A DNA stretch of 21,883 nucleotides from Ginkgo biloba (Eukaryota > Plantae > Ginkgophyta): the NCBI GenBank assembly GCA_024626585.2, contig JANKJI020000004.1, forward strand, positions 89,506,515-89,528,397, written 5' to 3'. Shown in pieces: positions 1 through 11,359 of the stretch; position 1 is the first letter of the stretch; each line of letters begins with the position of its first letter. The translations under genes were made by a program, and so were the position numbers. The notes under the pieces were generated by a model. The model worked only from the letters and a program-made list of their open reading frames with translations, had not been told where the DNA came from and did not search any database.

Positions 1-530
1 GTTAATCTTGCTGAAGCATAGAATAGGATGAAGCTTCAGGCTGATCAACAACGCACCAAGCAGGAGTTAGAGGACGGTGATTATCAGGAGTTAGAGGTTG
101 GTGATTGGATGTCTGTCAGATTGCAGCCTTATAAGCAGTCTACCTTGAAGAAAGGCGAGAAAGACAAGCCGTCCTCAAGGTTTCATGGCCCATACGAGAT
201 TCCAAGGAAAGTTGATAAGGTAGTATATGCCATTGATTTACCCCCCCCTCTTCTAAGATTCACAATGTATTCCATGTTTCCTGCTTAAAGAAAAGGGTGG
301 GTGCATATCACACCCCCAAAAGAGCTATCCCTCTTGGATGAAGAAGGGTGATTAGTCGTAGAAATTGAAGCAATCTTGGATATTAGAGAAAGGAGGCTCA
401 GGCATAAAGCAACGACTGAATTTTTGATCAAATGGAAAAACCTGCCCTTGGAAGATGCGTTTTGGGACTCTGAGGATAGCTTCACAAGGTACCTCTCCTT
501 TACTGCTCATGCTTTAAGGGCAATGCATGT
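1..530 (+). mobile_element. Ty3/gypsy (chromovirus-type) LTR retrotransposon pol 3' end: integrase C-terminus, GPY/F motif and chromodomain; degenerate
   Basis: Translation gives A*NRMKLQADQQR...EVGDWMSVRLQPYKQ...RFHGPYEI...VYAIDLPP. After a frameshift at the C-run (241-248) it reads KIHNVFHVSCLKK, then a chromodomain-like EIEAILDIRERRLRHKATTEFLIKWKNLPLEDAFWDSE. Stops at 19-21 and 349-351. Confidence 0.9.
61..108 (+). repeat. 24-bp in-frame tandem duplication inside the integrase (QELEDGDY/QELEVGDW)
   Basis: CAGGAGTTAGAGGACGGTGATTAT (61-84) is followed by CAGGAGTTAGAGGTTGGTGATTGG (85-108). Confidence 0.9.
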
Positions 531-531
531 T

Positions 532-544
532 GAGGAGGGGAGGG
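532..544 (+). other. Polypurine tract (PPT) of the chromovirus element
   Basis: GAGGAGGGGAGGG lies directly after the chromodomain and 2 nt before the TG at 547, the canonical PPT/3'-LTR arrangement. Confidence 0.8.
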
Positions 545-546
545 CC

Positions 547-1445
547 TGCGAGAACCCTCATAGCATCTTTTGGGACAGAGAGAAATAAGGCCGAGGAGGC
601 CAACTTTGTTATTGTTGGCACTAGAAGCCTAAACTGTTACTTTGAAATACTTGGTCTTTTTATTCAGGTTGGCTTAAGACCGATAACTTGAAAGGCGGAG
701 CGATTGACAACTGGGAAGTCAGACCCACCGACAACTGGAAAACTGAAACAAATNNNNNNNNNNNNNNNNNNNNNNNNNNNNNNNNNNNNNNNNNCCAACT
801 GGACTTTTATGTACCCTTAGCTGGCATATAAACTTCCTACTTTCACATAGGACATAGGAGTAACTGCTAGTGGAACTGAAATCTTAATTCAAATATGGAA
901 GTTTTAAAGTAGTTAATAAGGCTGGAGTAAATTGAGGTGAGTAGGTGACCAGATCCAAGATTTTAGCATCTTGCCTTCCACAGTTGGCTGTCAAAGGGGA
1001 ATCATTCCAAAATCAGAGTTACTGCTAACAGTCAGTCTGGCTCTATAAATTCTGCCTTCTACTCTTCATTGGGACTTATTACAGTTCTGAATTTTATGGA
1101 AGACTAAGTTCTTTTGGAGCCACCGTCTCTGTTGGTACTTGGAGTGTGATTCCCTCTACGAATCTCTTTGGATGTGTGGATCTGCACTCCCTTGTTTCTC
1201 CTTTATTCTCTCTCCTATCTTCTCTCATTTTTCCTCAAGGCTTATTCAGAAGATTTGACGTGTATGGGACAGAAGGACAATCATGTAAGAAGAACTGCCT
1301 AGATCTGAAGTGTCTTGATGCTTTCTCTGAAATATAACAGTTGTAAAGTATCTTTTCTGTCTGTTTTACTAAGTTCAGTAATATTCTCGTATCATAGAGG
1401 AGATTCTCTGCCTTATCTTTGAATTTTAGAATTAGGGCCTTAACA
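547..1445 (+). mobile_element. Probable 3' LTR (~900 bp) of the chromovirus element
   Basis: Starts TGCGAGAACCC right after the PPT. The candidate end GGGCCTTAACA (1435-1445) is an imperfect inverted match ending in CA. There is an internal TATA-like CTATAAAT at 1043-1050. The right boundary is less certain. Confidence 0.6.
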
Positions 1446-4400
1446 CTATCACACACGCACACCAAATGTTTCTGTGGTTTTCGAACCTGTGGCTTGTTCG
1501 GGTACACCAAGTGTCTAACCATTCAGGATGCACGATCATGGCCTCAGAGCTTTCTTGGGAATCTGCATTTGCAGGGATACACAATAATCTGAGTCCAGTT
1601 TTCAATGTTCCACTGCCAACAGGTCTTGAATTGATTGCAAGGAAATGTTCTGTTTGAGTGTGAATCGGCAATGTCTGAAGCATATTGTGGTTGATTGGGA
1701 TTTCTGACCTACAATGAGACAAATTCTTTGTACAGGAAGAGTTTTATTGACTTAGGTTTATAATTCTGAGCTTCATTGTGCTGTATGTAGACGGTAATGG
1801 ATGAAGTGTCTGTACCATTTTTGAACCGAGATAGATTCATTCCAAATCATATCAATGTTTCTATCAGCCTGTGGAAGGAGTGGATTAGGGTTTGGACTCT
1901 GGAAATATTAGGCTAAAAAATACAGGGCAAAGAGCTTTGTTAAAACTTAATTGTTCATATAATTCTAGAAGGATTTCCAGTTTAATCTAGCAATTGCAGC
2001 TCAACTACATACTATCTTATCCAGGTTGTGTCTGGACCAATGGCTAAAAAGAAACTTCTTCCTTAAGCTGTCTCCGTTATAAATGGATCACTTACAACAA
2101 TGAGGCCTACTGGGATTACATTTATGGGTCTATTTTGGAAATCAAGGTTTATGGATTCAAGTTCAGTAACATTTACATGTACATGTATGTGCCTCTGTGC
2201 ATGCATGTTGAATTATTTTCTACTTTGCCTCTAATGGTTTGAAATTTCATACCAATGAACTGGAATCTTCAACTAGTTATCTGAAATCTGACTTATTCAA
2301 CTCCCAAACTGGAAGATTGAACATAAGTTAGTACAAATGCTTTTCAACTTGAACTGGAGCCCAAAATCCCAAATCCTTTTGAGTCACCACTCCAGGAACC
2401 TGGTTCAAGACCCAATTTGGGAACCCTCGTGATCAGGGTTGTGAATATTACTGCTATGATAATCCCCCAAGGCTTGTTAAAGGATATCCTTTATTGACCA
2501 ATCGTCTGCAGCTAGGCATCTAAAGGGTCTCTAATAATCCTAGGAGGCAGTTTTTTGCTTGTCCTACTTTCCAAGGTTGAGACTTTGTCTATGGCTCTAA
2601 GGAAGTGGTGATAAGGCCATGCCATGCTGATCTGTGTTGTATCTAAGTTGTTTTTATCATCATTTGTGGTTCTAAGGGGTTGCATTGAGGGTCAACTAAT
2701 GATGCTGGTCTCTAGGCATTGTTTGATAACTTGTTGGGTGCTATATGAGTTCATAGGTGTTCCTACCCACTTCAAATGTCAAGGGACGGAAGAATGTTAT
2801 GATACATTGCATCCTATCTGCCATCTAGATGCTCCTGTGGAACATGCATCTCATTTTATAATCCAGTGATAGGTTAGAATTTGAAATTTTAGCGTTTATA
2901 TATGGCATTCAAAACTCACCTAGGGGTGAAATGGCAAGAGGTCTAGTGCATGGTGAAACTTGGATTGGTGGTTGGCTAGATGCATCCTAAAGAGTGGAGA
3001 CATGGGCACACCAAACATAAGGTTGTGAANNNNNNNNNNNNNNNNNNNNNNNNNNNNNNGCGTTTTCCAAAATGACTGAGGTGTTTCCTCAAGGGACAGA
3101 ATAGGTCCAATCCTCCTTAGAGATAAGAAATTTCTATTTTTAATTCCTAAGCAAGTGTCAAGTCCCTTTAGGTGCTTTTTGGTATCTTGGAGTGATTGGC
3201 AAGTTCCCTTGTATGCTTCTTATGCATTTGCCAATCGTCGTGAGACCACATTTCTTTTTGTTGTAATCTAGCTTACACAACTTCAGCTTAAGAAGCCACA
3301 GACCACAGCGTATCTTTTCTGTCAAAGTCACTTGGGTACTGCCCCAGCCCTGCCTGCCCCACATGTTGTTTGATTTAGTGGTTTTGTGCCATGAGCAATA
3401 TTTTAGTGAGCGTGCTTGCAAGTTTGAACCTAGATCTTTCGTGGAGTAACACTCAACTCCCTAGTAGGCGACAATCCTACAAACATCATGAAACCACATT
3501 CATTGGGCAATGTCCTAGGAGTCAGCAAGGAATGGTGATGATTGCTTGGGAATGGATTCTAGACAGCCTCCCATAAGGTATGGGAGAGGGAGATTGCTTT
3601 TAGTGCCATAGAGTGAAAAGAGTAAAATTTCGGAAGTACTTAACATATGTCTTTTATATAATAGCATCATATTGTGGTCAAATTCAATGGTAACATGAAA
3701 TGGGGGGTTGGGAGAAAAGGGGATAAGATGGGGGTATTAGGGGAGTTGATCCACCTTAAGGTTCAATTTGTAACACATGGAACCATATGTTTCTTTCACT
3801 CCTATTTGGAGTAGGGTCAATGTGATGATATTTCCAATATTTGGAAATATAACAGCCTGTATTTNNNNNNNNNNNNNNNNNNNNNNNNNNNNNNNNNNNN
3901 NNNNNNNNNNNNNNNNNNNNNNNNNNNNNNNNNNNNNNNNNNNNNNNNNNNNNNNNNNNNNNNNTCCTCTTTGTGTGTAAATTACCTTGACTGCAAAAGG
4001 CTTGGAAGACCATAGCCTAAAGTTCAAAATACAAATTGCCTAATATCCCCTTGCATCCTCCTTTACCTTCATTAGAATATCATGGGGAGGAGGGAAAAAA
4101 TTCAGTGTTGATATGTAAACTGTAAGACTTGAATGCCCGAGGAAAATGCTCAACTCCTTTGTACTCCTACTAACCAACACCATCACACCACCCCCTCCCC
4201 TTCCCCCACAAAAAAAAGAAGAAAAGAAAAGAAAAAAAGGGTGAACTCCAATTGAACCATCAATTGTATGATAGCTAATTGATTTCTTCCTATATTATGA
4301 TTTACAGAGTTATCCCATTGTATTAATATAAACCTTCCATCACATCTACAGGGATACAGTATGTACCCTTCAACTGAATACCATATGGGCATTAATTCTA

Positions 4401-5089
4401 TGAATTATAGTTACTAGTGTGGTTGGTTTGTTGGGCATTTTATTTGTGTGCTCCAAATCCTTATCTTGTACATGCTTCACCTCATCTGATAGATGATTTG
4501 GTGAAGGCGGTGCATGGTTAGTGATTATGGAGACAATTCAAAACTGGAGAGGTGAATCCTTGACACAGAATTCAGAAAGCATTAGGGGACAATCTAAGCA
4601 TTAGTGGCAGTTGGGTTGTTCATCGATATGTATTAATGGAGTTTCTTGTGGTGGTATCTTTGGAAACAGTACTGGAAAAATAGTGGACTATTGGAGCCTA
4701 ATAGGATTTGAATAACAGAATGTCTTGCATATAAACTTTATTGATATGATGAGAATTGGATCAGAAATTATTTGGCACATACTCTTGCAAATGAAGGTGC
4801 AAATAATTACTGCCAATGTTTGACTGAGTGGAAGAGCTTTAGTGCACAAATCATGGTCTTATTTAATATGCTTTGAGTATAGGATCTTTGTCTGATTTGA
4901 AATGCCTTAAAGCTTCAAAACTTGAATTTTTATGTCATTGGAAAGTTTTCTCGACTGTTTCTACTAGGGAATTTGACTCTCAAACCATGGTTGGATCTCC
5001 ATGCCACTTCTTGTAGATCGGATGAGGTCTACGAAAATATTCAAGGTCAACAGAAGTCAAGATAATTATAATGCATGCTTTCAGTTGTG

Positions 5090-5315
5090 CATTTGTAGTC
5101 GTAGAAGCTTCGGTGGGGCTTATGAAGCAAGCAACATGCATACAATTATTAGTATTGGGTGCCAGAAGGGTCTGCGATTCCCTTGTATTANNNNNNNNNN
5201 NNNNNNNNNNNNNCATATTGGAGTCGTAGAAGCTTTAGTGGGGTTTATGCAACAAGCAACATGCATACTACTATTAATAGTGGGTATCAAAAGGGTTGCA
5301 ATTCGCTTATAATTA
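5090..5315. repeat. Degenerate direct repeat, 2 copies with ~124-bp period, separated by a short N gap
   Basis: The block agtcgtagaagctt..gtgggg.ttatg...caagcaacatgcatac...aaggg...tgc.attc.ctt occurs at ~5090-5190 and again at ~5214-5315. Confidence 0.8.
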
Positions 5316-5949
5316 GTATTGGGTACTATTTCTATGTTCACTTCTCAGGCCGGAATTCCAGTTTTGAGCAAGTAAGAACCTTTCTTTCTGGGCCAATTAG
5401 TGTTATCTTTTATTTCTTGCAATTTATATGTTTATTTTCAGCTGATTATTGGTTCAATGTCCTGTCCTTGGATAGCATGCCTTTGGTGGCCCATGCGCCT
5501 TGTTGTCTTCTGGAAGGCCTACAATATCTTGTTCTGAGTTCATTTGTTGAATTGGCCATGTTGAAGCCGGCGTCTTTGACAAACTGTTAGTTTGTTGGGA
5601 ACCCAATCAAGCCTACTCTGATAGAGTCCTCACCACGGAGTAGATTGCCAACCTTGTTCCTCTACAGCCAAGCCTCGCTCCGTGTTCTTGTTAGTCTTGA
5701 TCAAATCCTGCCAGCAAGGCAAGGGGTTGAAGCTAGAAGTATGAGCTCAGATGATCCCCCAAAGCATATCGATTGCTTTGGGAAAATGCTTGAATTGTGA
5801 AAATAAATTCCTAAGCACGGGGGTCGTGAAAATTCTAGGATGATCAGTTACATGATCAGCTATTCTGATTTGCTCCCAAAAGGAGTTAGCCACACTCTTA
5901 GAGCCTACGATGTATTGGAGATCTATAGGATGCAAACAGTCTTTCTCCA

Positions 5950-6415
5950 CATGTTGAAGGGGCAGAGAAACAAGGAAAATATTTCTTTCTTCAACACACT
6001 TTGGTGTGAATGGGTTATATTACAGTAAGCATAACTAATTTCATCATGCACTAGCTGGTGAATATGGTTCCACAACCAAGCAATCAGGAGGCCTCCAGGT
6101 GGTTTACAATGGATCTTAAGATTTTTGATGTGGAAGCACTTTGGAGGTTTCAGGCCTAGAAAGGTTTAATTCTCTCTTTGGGTGCATTAGTGGGTATCAT
6201 TCAGGGGTGTATTAGAATCTTGAGACATGATGAGTGTGCTCAATTTGATAAGGACTTTTAAAAGTGTTGGATTCAATGGGTTTTCATCAAGTTTGAGTAT
6301 GGAGGTGGACCTTAGAAGTCCAATGGAATTTGTCACCCTTTTGGGTATAACACTACCTATGTTGACATATCCAAAATTATATGGTGAAGGGTGTGGTTGG
6401 GTCAAAATTTAAAGA
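5950..6415 (-). mobile_element. Possible highly decayed LINE ORF1-like remnant
   Basis: Minus-strand fragments NFDPTTP..FWI, KRVTNSIG..LKLDENPLNP..KVLIKL and KILRSIVNHL..SYA loosely resemble plant L1 ORF1 (DUF4283 region). Many stops and frameshifts. Confidence 0.25.
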
Positions 6416-6429
6416 TCTTGTACATTGTG

Positions 6430-9000
6430 AAGAGAAAAAATTATTCATGCACTCCACTTAATAAATATCGTAGATATTAATCAATATTTAACTTAGGCCC
6501 TTTATACAAAAATATCCTCTTTTTATACTAAATATATAGATTTTTTTATAAGCATCAAATTTTTATATACCTATCTCTACCCATAAATATTCATAATATA
6601 ATCAACATCCTCTTGCATCAAGAGTGTGTTTTTCTTCAATCCCTTATTCTTAGGATTAGAATAACACTTCTCCATCATATGTCCATAGCATGGATGGTGC
6701 TCATAATACTTGGACCTATAGCTTATCTTTCTTTGTCCTTTACCAATGGAAATTTTATAATCTCCCCTTTGTGAAAAATAATNNNNNNNNNNNNNNNNNN
6801 NNNNNNNNNNNNNNNNNNNNNNNNNNNNNNNNNNNNNNNNNNNNNNNNNNNNNNNNNNNNNNNNNNNNNNNNNNNNNNNNNNNNNNNNNNNNNNNNNNNN
6901 NNNNNNNNNNNNNNNNNNNNNNNNNNNNNNNNNNNNNNNNNNNNNNNNNNNNNNNNNNNNNNNNNNNNNNNNNNNNNNNNNNNNNNNNNNNNNNNNNNNN
7001 NNNNNNNNNNNNNNNNNNNNNNNNNNNNNNNNNNNNNNNNNNNNNNNNNNNNNNNNNNNNNNNNNNNNNNNAGTTAATTGATCATTACCTCTTACTCTAG
7101 CATGTAGTATTGGGGTGGATTACTATATCTTTAAATTATTTTGAACTTCTGATCTCTACTATACTACCTCTGCTCAAACTCAAATGTTCTTCTTCCATTA
7201 AATTATACTTTCTAATGATTTTGGGCTTTAATATTTAGAGAGGTAAAACTTCTTTGTTGTCCAAAGCTCTGACACCTAAAGATCCAAAAAATATTTTCAT
7301 TTAATTCATAGAAATTGAATTTGAGTTTAGGTCTGTAATATTTAAGTACTTTTTTCCCCTGATCCCAAACTCTAAACACATTTAAGTGATATTAAATGTG
7401 GAATATTAGTTAAATATTATTCATTCTAAATTTGGATTCACATATTCACAAACATAAGATCTTATTCATCTACTCCCTTGAGTTATACCAAAATCCTAAA
7501 CCTTAATTGTGAAGTTAGGTATGCAATTATGATCAATTATTCTTAAATATTCAACATGAGTCCACGACTCTTATAGATATGCTCCCCTCCTTTATCATTA
7601 ATAATTGAACCTCCACTCTCCCAATTTCAAGACCTAACCTTATAACTATAGGGATGTATTTCAATATTCATACCTACTATCCACTATTTTTTGGGTCTTT
7701 CATACCATAATCCTTTAAGATTTGAAAATTCCTAAAAAACCAACCTATGTTATAATATTCCTTATTCATCCGCTTTAATTCATAATCTCACTAGGCCTTT
7801 GATTTGGACTTTATTTTAAATCATGAAATTTCCTTGGTCACCTATAAAGGAAAATCCTTTTAACTCAAAAGGGTCCTACTACAAGAAATCTTTGGTAAAT
7901 TTATAGTATTGAAAGTTAACATCAATGAACTATTATCTTCACTAGAATAATATGTATTATTCAATCAAGTGTCACCACTATGGAAGGATAATCAATTTGT
8001 GTTAAAGGATACTTACTCAAATTTAATTCTTTTAGAAATAAACATAGTTCTTTATCTATTTATCAGTGCAAAAAAATTAAATTCTTCCACCTTGGATTCC
8101 TCTATATTGGAAAAAAAATATTTTAATCAAGAAATGGAGTCTTTTATCAATTTGAAATTAAAATAAATAAATAAAATTAAATAAGAGGTTTTACATATTT
8201 ATGTTTGTAACAAATACATATACACCACTAAGAAAGGGGATGTCCAAAAGAGGTTGCAATAATTTTGAGAGAAAATTTCAAGCCAAAGGAAAGTAGTTGG
8301 AGAAATGATCGATATAAGTTAGTTATGCCTAATCATCTTCAACCATAATAGAAAAATAATTATAAATTGAAGAATAATAAGGAAATAAGGGTTCTTCCAA
8401 GAACTTTTAGTGAGAGAATAAATTTTGTCTTTCCATTTTCATTCCTTATGTTCCTCATATTTTTCTAATTTTTATGCTTCATCTGTCCCATCTTTGTTAA
8501 TAATTGAATCATGTTTTATTATTAAAGATCATTGAGTAGGATAAATCCATCCTTGTTTCATGCTATTGCTATTGCTTATGGAAGTCAAAATTCACTACTA
8601 AATGTTGTATGTATTTTCCTATTAAGGGGATTAAAATCTTTCTAATATCTATTATTTTATATATATGTAACTTGGGACCTTACTAATTAATAAAATTACC
8701 TTTATGTAGTTTTCTTTGTTCAAGTGCAATATGAAGAATGTTTATTTTCAATCAAGTATTGAGTGTTGCTAATAGTTTTTGCAAATATGAATTTTGCTTA
8801 CTTTTATTANNNNNNNNNNNNNNNNNNNNNNNNNNNNNNNNNNNNNNNNNNNTATTGTTGAGAATATTAATCAGATTCATTGTGAATATGATGATGTTAT
8901 AAAAATATAGTAATCCCTTAGTCCTTTATGTGTGTTAGTGTTGTTTACTTGTATCAATAACTCATCATTCTAAAGAATTGATCTATAAGGAGTTGTCTAA
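6430..9000 (-). mobile_element. Probable highly decayed L1-type LINE ORF2 (reverse transcriptase) relic
   Basis: Very AT-rich block. Minus-strand fragments occur in the expected order: YKII..RKILIPLIG (~8670-8615), GHPLS (cf. QGDPLS, ~8245-8231) and FFA.. (cf. FADD, ~8070). Boundaries are approximate. Confidence 0.4.
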
Positions 9001-9643
9001 GTATTTTTCTTCAAATGGTCATAGTATGATCTAACCAATTTGTTACATACTCTTGGAATTTTCACCTTTACCCTCCAACAAGGCTATTATATATGTATGC
9101 CATTTCTTTTGCTATTGTTCATAGATTTTCAGTTTGATGTGTACTTATAAAATCAGCATTTATTCTGCATTCCAATTTGCAGATATATTAGGTGCCAAAC
9201 TTTTACAGAGTTATGTGCTGTTATTCTAAGTTCTTATGAGAGTGACTGAGCCATTTTCCTTGGGAGCTTAGACTGATCAATTTTTTGTCCATTTATCTTG
9301 GTTTGAATTTTTCTTTGAAATGATTTCTTCATTGTTAATTAGGAGTGGAATAAATTGGTAATGACTTCATCAAGGAATAAGTGTAAATTAAAGCTTTAAC
9401 TTGATAGTGATGATTTTGTTAGACTTGTTAAGCTTGATTTAGCGATTGCAGATATAACATGAATCTTAGTCTGACAGTTTCTCTGAAATGATTATTTTCA
9501 TTTCTCATTTGAAGAAGCTAACTAAACTTAATTGCATTATGAACAGAACATATAAATGGAAACTTGAAGGTACATTATGGAATAATCATGGTGTATTTGA
9601 GATAGAAGAGAAGTTTACATGATATATTTACTTGCTTTTGCAG

Positions 9644-10012
9644 GTTGCTACAGGTCTTAGTTACACGGTCATACTTACAAGGCAAGGGCAGGTGTACACT
9701 TGTGGCAGCAACTCACATGGCCAGCTGGGCCATGGGGATACCCTAGAGAGGCCTATCCCAAGGAAGGTGGAAAGGTTCAACAGTCTTGGCCCTGTTTTCC
9801 AGATTGCTGCAGGGGTTAACCATACCATGGCAGTAACTGAGGATGGCACATTGTATTCTTTTGGTTATGGTTCCAATTTCTGTCTTGGCCACGGTGATCC
9901 ACGAGATGAGCTTCAACCACGGGCTGTGCAGGCTTTCAAACGGAAAAATATTCACGTGATTCGTGTATCGGCTGGAGATGAACACTCGGTGGCACTCGAC
10001 TCCAGTGGATAT
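9644..10012 (+). CDS. Internal coding exon (123 codons, phase 0/0) of an RCC1-repeat beta-propeller protein (RCC1/UVR8-like family)
   Basis: VATGLSYTVILTRQGQVYTCGSNSHGQLGHGDT..RPIPRKV / IAAGVNHTMAVTEDGTLYSFGYGSNFCLGHGD..ELQPRAV / VSAGDEHSVALDSSGY gives two full RCC1 repeats plus the start of a third. Acceptor ttttgcag ends at 9643 and donor GTTAGT starts at 10013. No stops. Confidence 0.93.
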
Positions 10013-10020
10013 GTTAGTTT

Positions 10021-10063
10021 CTTTATACTTCTATATGCACCTCTTTATACTTTATATGCACCC
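10021..10063 (+). repeat. ~22-bp tandem duplication just inside the intron
   Basis: ctttatacttctatatgcacct followed by ctttatactttatatgcaccc. Confidence 0.8.
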
Positions 10064-10163
10064 TGGTACACTTTCTTCTGCTCTGAATGTATGCATAACT
10101 TTTATCCCAGTCACCTGGAACAGGGGAACGATAAAATGAGTTTTAAAATAAATAATTAAATAA

Positions 10164-10183
10164 ACACACGCACACACGTGTGT
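10164..10183. repeat. CA/GT microsatellite-like stretch running into a 100-N gap
   Basis: acacacgcacacacgtgtgt, including the palindrome ACACACGTGTGT (10172-10183). Gap at 10184-10283. Confidence 0.7.
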
Positions 10184-10350
10184 NNNNNNNNNNNNNNNNN
10201 NNNNNNNNNNNNNNNNNNNNNNNNNNNNNNNNNNNNNNNNNNNNNNNNNNNNNNNNNNNNNNNNNNNNNNNNNNNNNNNNNNNACAAACAACCCAGATTC
10301 TGATGCTACGAAAAAAATCTAATTAGAGCAATTTATTGGATCAGAATAAA

Positions 10351-10395
10351 TTAAATCCAAATAAAACATTTCTTGCATTCCATCTCCCCTAAATC
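10351..10395 (-). CDS. CSLA: CslA exon 3 remnant, truncated after ~10 codons
   Basis: Acceptor ttttgcag, then GAT TTA GGG GAG ATG GAA TGC AAG AAA TG.. = DLGEMECKK (cf. DLVEMECQRWASKG), continuing into unrelated CFIWI-stop. Confidence 0.75.
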   Translation of the reverse strand, partial: DLGEMECKKCFIWI

Positions 10396-10757
10396 CTGCA
10401 AAATTATAATCATTTCAGTCAATGACAAGTTCAACACATTGAATTTATCATAAAAAATATAGATGCAGAATAATCGAATTGAATAACATTGTATTAGCCA
10501 ACATACTTACAAGCAGTTTTTCATACCTTTGAATATTTCAAAAGCTAATCCCATATAATGCAATTATATATGCCCAGTGGTTGATTAAAATCTAAACTAA
10601 ATTAGAATTGTACAAATTCAAAAGACGTTCATTGCAAATTCATCCATATACACGATCATACAGTTTCAGACCATATTAACTAGTCAACACCATAGAGAAA
10701 TGCACAGGATCATTCCCTACTTAAAAGTTCAAGGTCTGAGGGATTAGTAGTCCAAAC

Positions 10758-10856
10758 CTTTATTATTGGATCGGTCGAATCATCAATGACTTGAACGATG
10801 ATGCGATCTGAAGGCCATGACAACCCACATTCTGCTCCAATGGAACGCTGATAAAC
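10758..10856 (-). CDS. CSLA: CslA exon 2 (33 codons)
   Basis: [33 protein letters not shown], compared with a recalled family consensus [30 protein letters not shown]. Acceptor AG at 10858-10857 and donor GT at 10757-10756. Missed by the ORF track. Confidence 0.92.
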
Positions 10857-11029
10857 CTGCATTATCCCATTCACCGAAGAAAAAACCACTAAGTATCACA
10901 TTCCACATTCTATAATGAAAACTTATGTCGAGTCCTCAAACCATTTCAAACTACAAGAGAAATGGCCACATTATTAACTGGAATGAACTCTGAACACACT
11001 CTAATGGATCAAAAACCTGCAATCCCTAC

Positions 11030-11359
11030 CTCTCTTTCGTTGTACATGGGAACCTGCACTAACACCATTGGATAAACAGTGTTGCCAATCTCCACATCGT
11101 CTTTGATGGGTTCCCACTTGTATCTCTTCTCTGGCTTCTTCCCAAACACCTTAACCAACACAATAACAACTGCCATGTAAACTCTTTCAATGAACAACAT
11201 CACAGACATCACAAGGCAAATGTAGACAGCCATATTGAGCAATGGGGCAACAATAGGAGAACGTATCAGTTGCCAAAACAAGGCTATTTGTTCTGTCATA
11301 TCATCCCTTGTGCCCTGAAATGTCTCAGGGAGAATACTACTGGTTGACAACCGATCCAT
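11030..11359 (-). CDS. CSLA: CslA exon 1 (110 codons; N-terminal membrane segment and start of the GT2 domain)
   Basis: MDRLSTSSILPETFQGTRDDMTEQIALFWQLIRSPIVAPLLNMAVYICLVMSVMLFIERVYMAVVIVLVKVFGKKPEKRYKWEPIKDDVEIGNTVYPMVLVQVPMYNERE, then donor GTAGGG at 11029. The true ATG is at 11359, not the ORF-track start at 11533. Confidence 0.93.

Larger units (their letters stand above)
10351..11359 (-). pseudogene. CSLA: Truncated cellulose synthase-like A (glucomannan 4-beta-mannosyltransferase, GT2) gene fragment with introns
   Basis: Exon 1 at 11359-11030, exon 2 at 10856-10758 and a partial exon 3 from 10395, with GT-AG introns of 173 and 362 nt. Homology is lost at ~10367 and a stop follows at 10353-10351. 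No downstream CslA exons were seen. Confidence 0.85.

Noticed and set aside
2140-2430. Possible MITE with internal aactgga repeats
   Set aside because: The terminal inverted match is too weak and there is no TSD.
2430-4250. Possible decayed integrase (-) and LINE ORF1 (+) fragments
   Set aside because: Only vague motif resemblance, which cannot be supported without a search.
9644-10012. Calling the exon UVR8
   Set aside because: It lacks the GWRHT motifs of UVR8, so only membership of the RCC1 family is supported.
10013-10159. C-terminal tail of the 175-aa RCC1 ORF
   Set aside because: This is intron read-through after the GT donor at 10013, where the repeat pattern ends.
10351-11359. Functional CslA gene or processed retrocopy
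   Set aside because: Exon 3 is truncated and no later exons were seen, so it is not functional as assembled. Introns are retained, so it is not a retrocopy.
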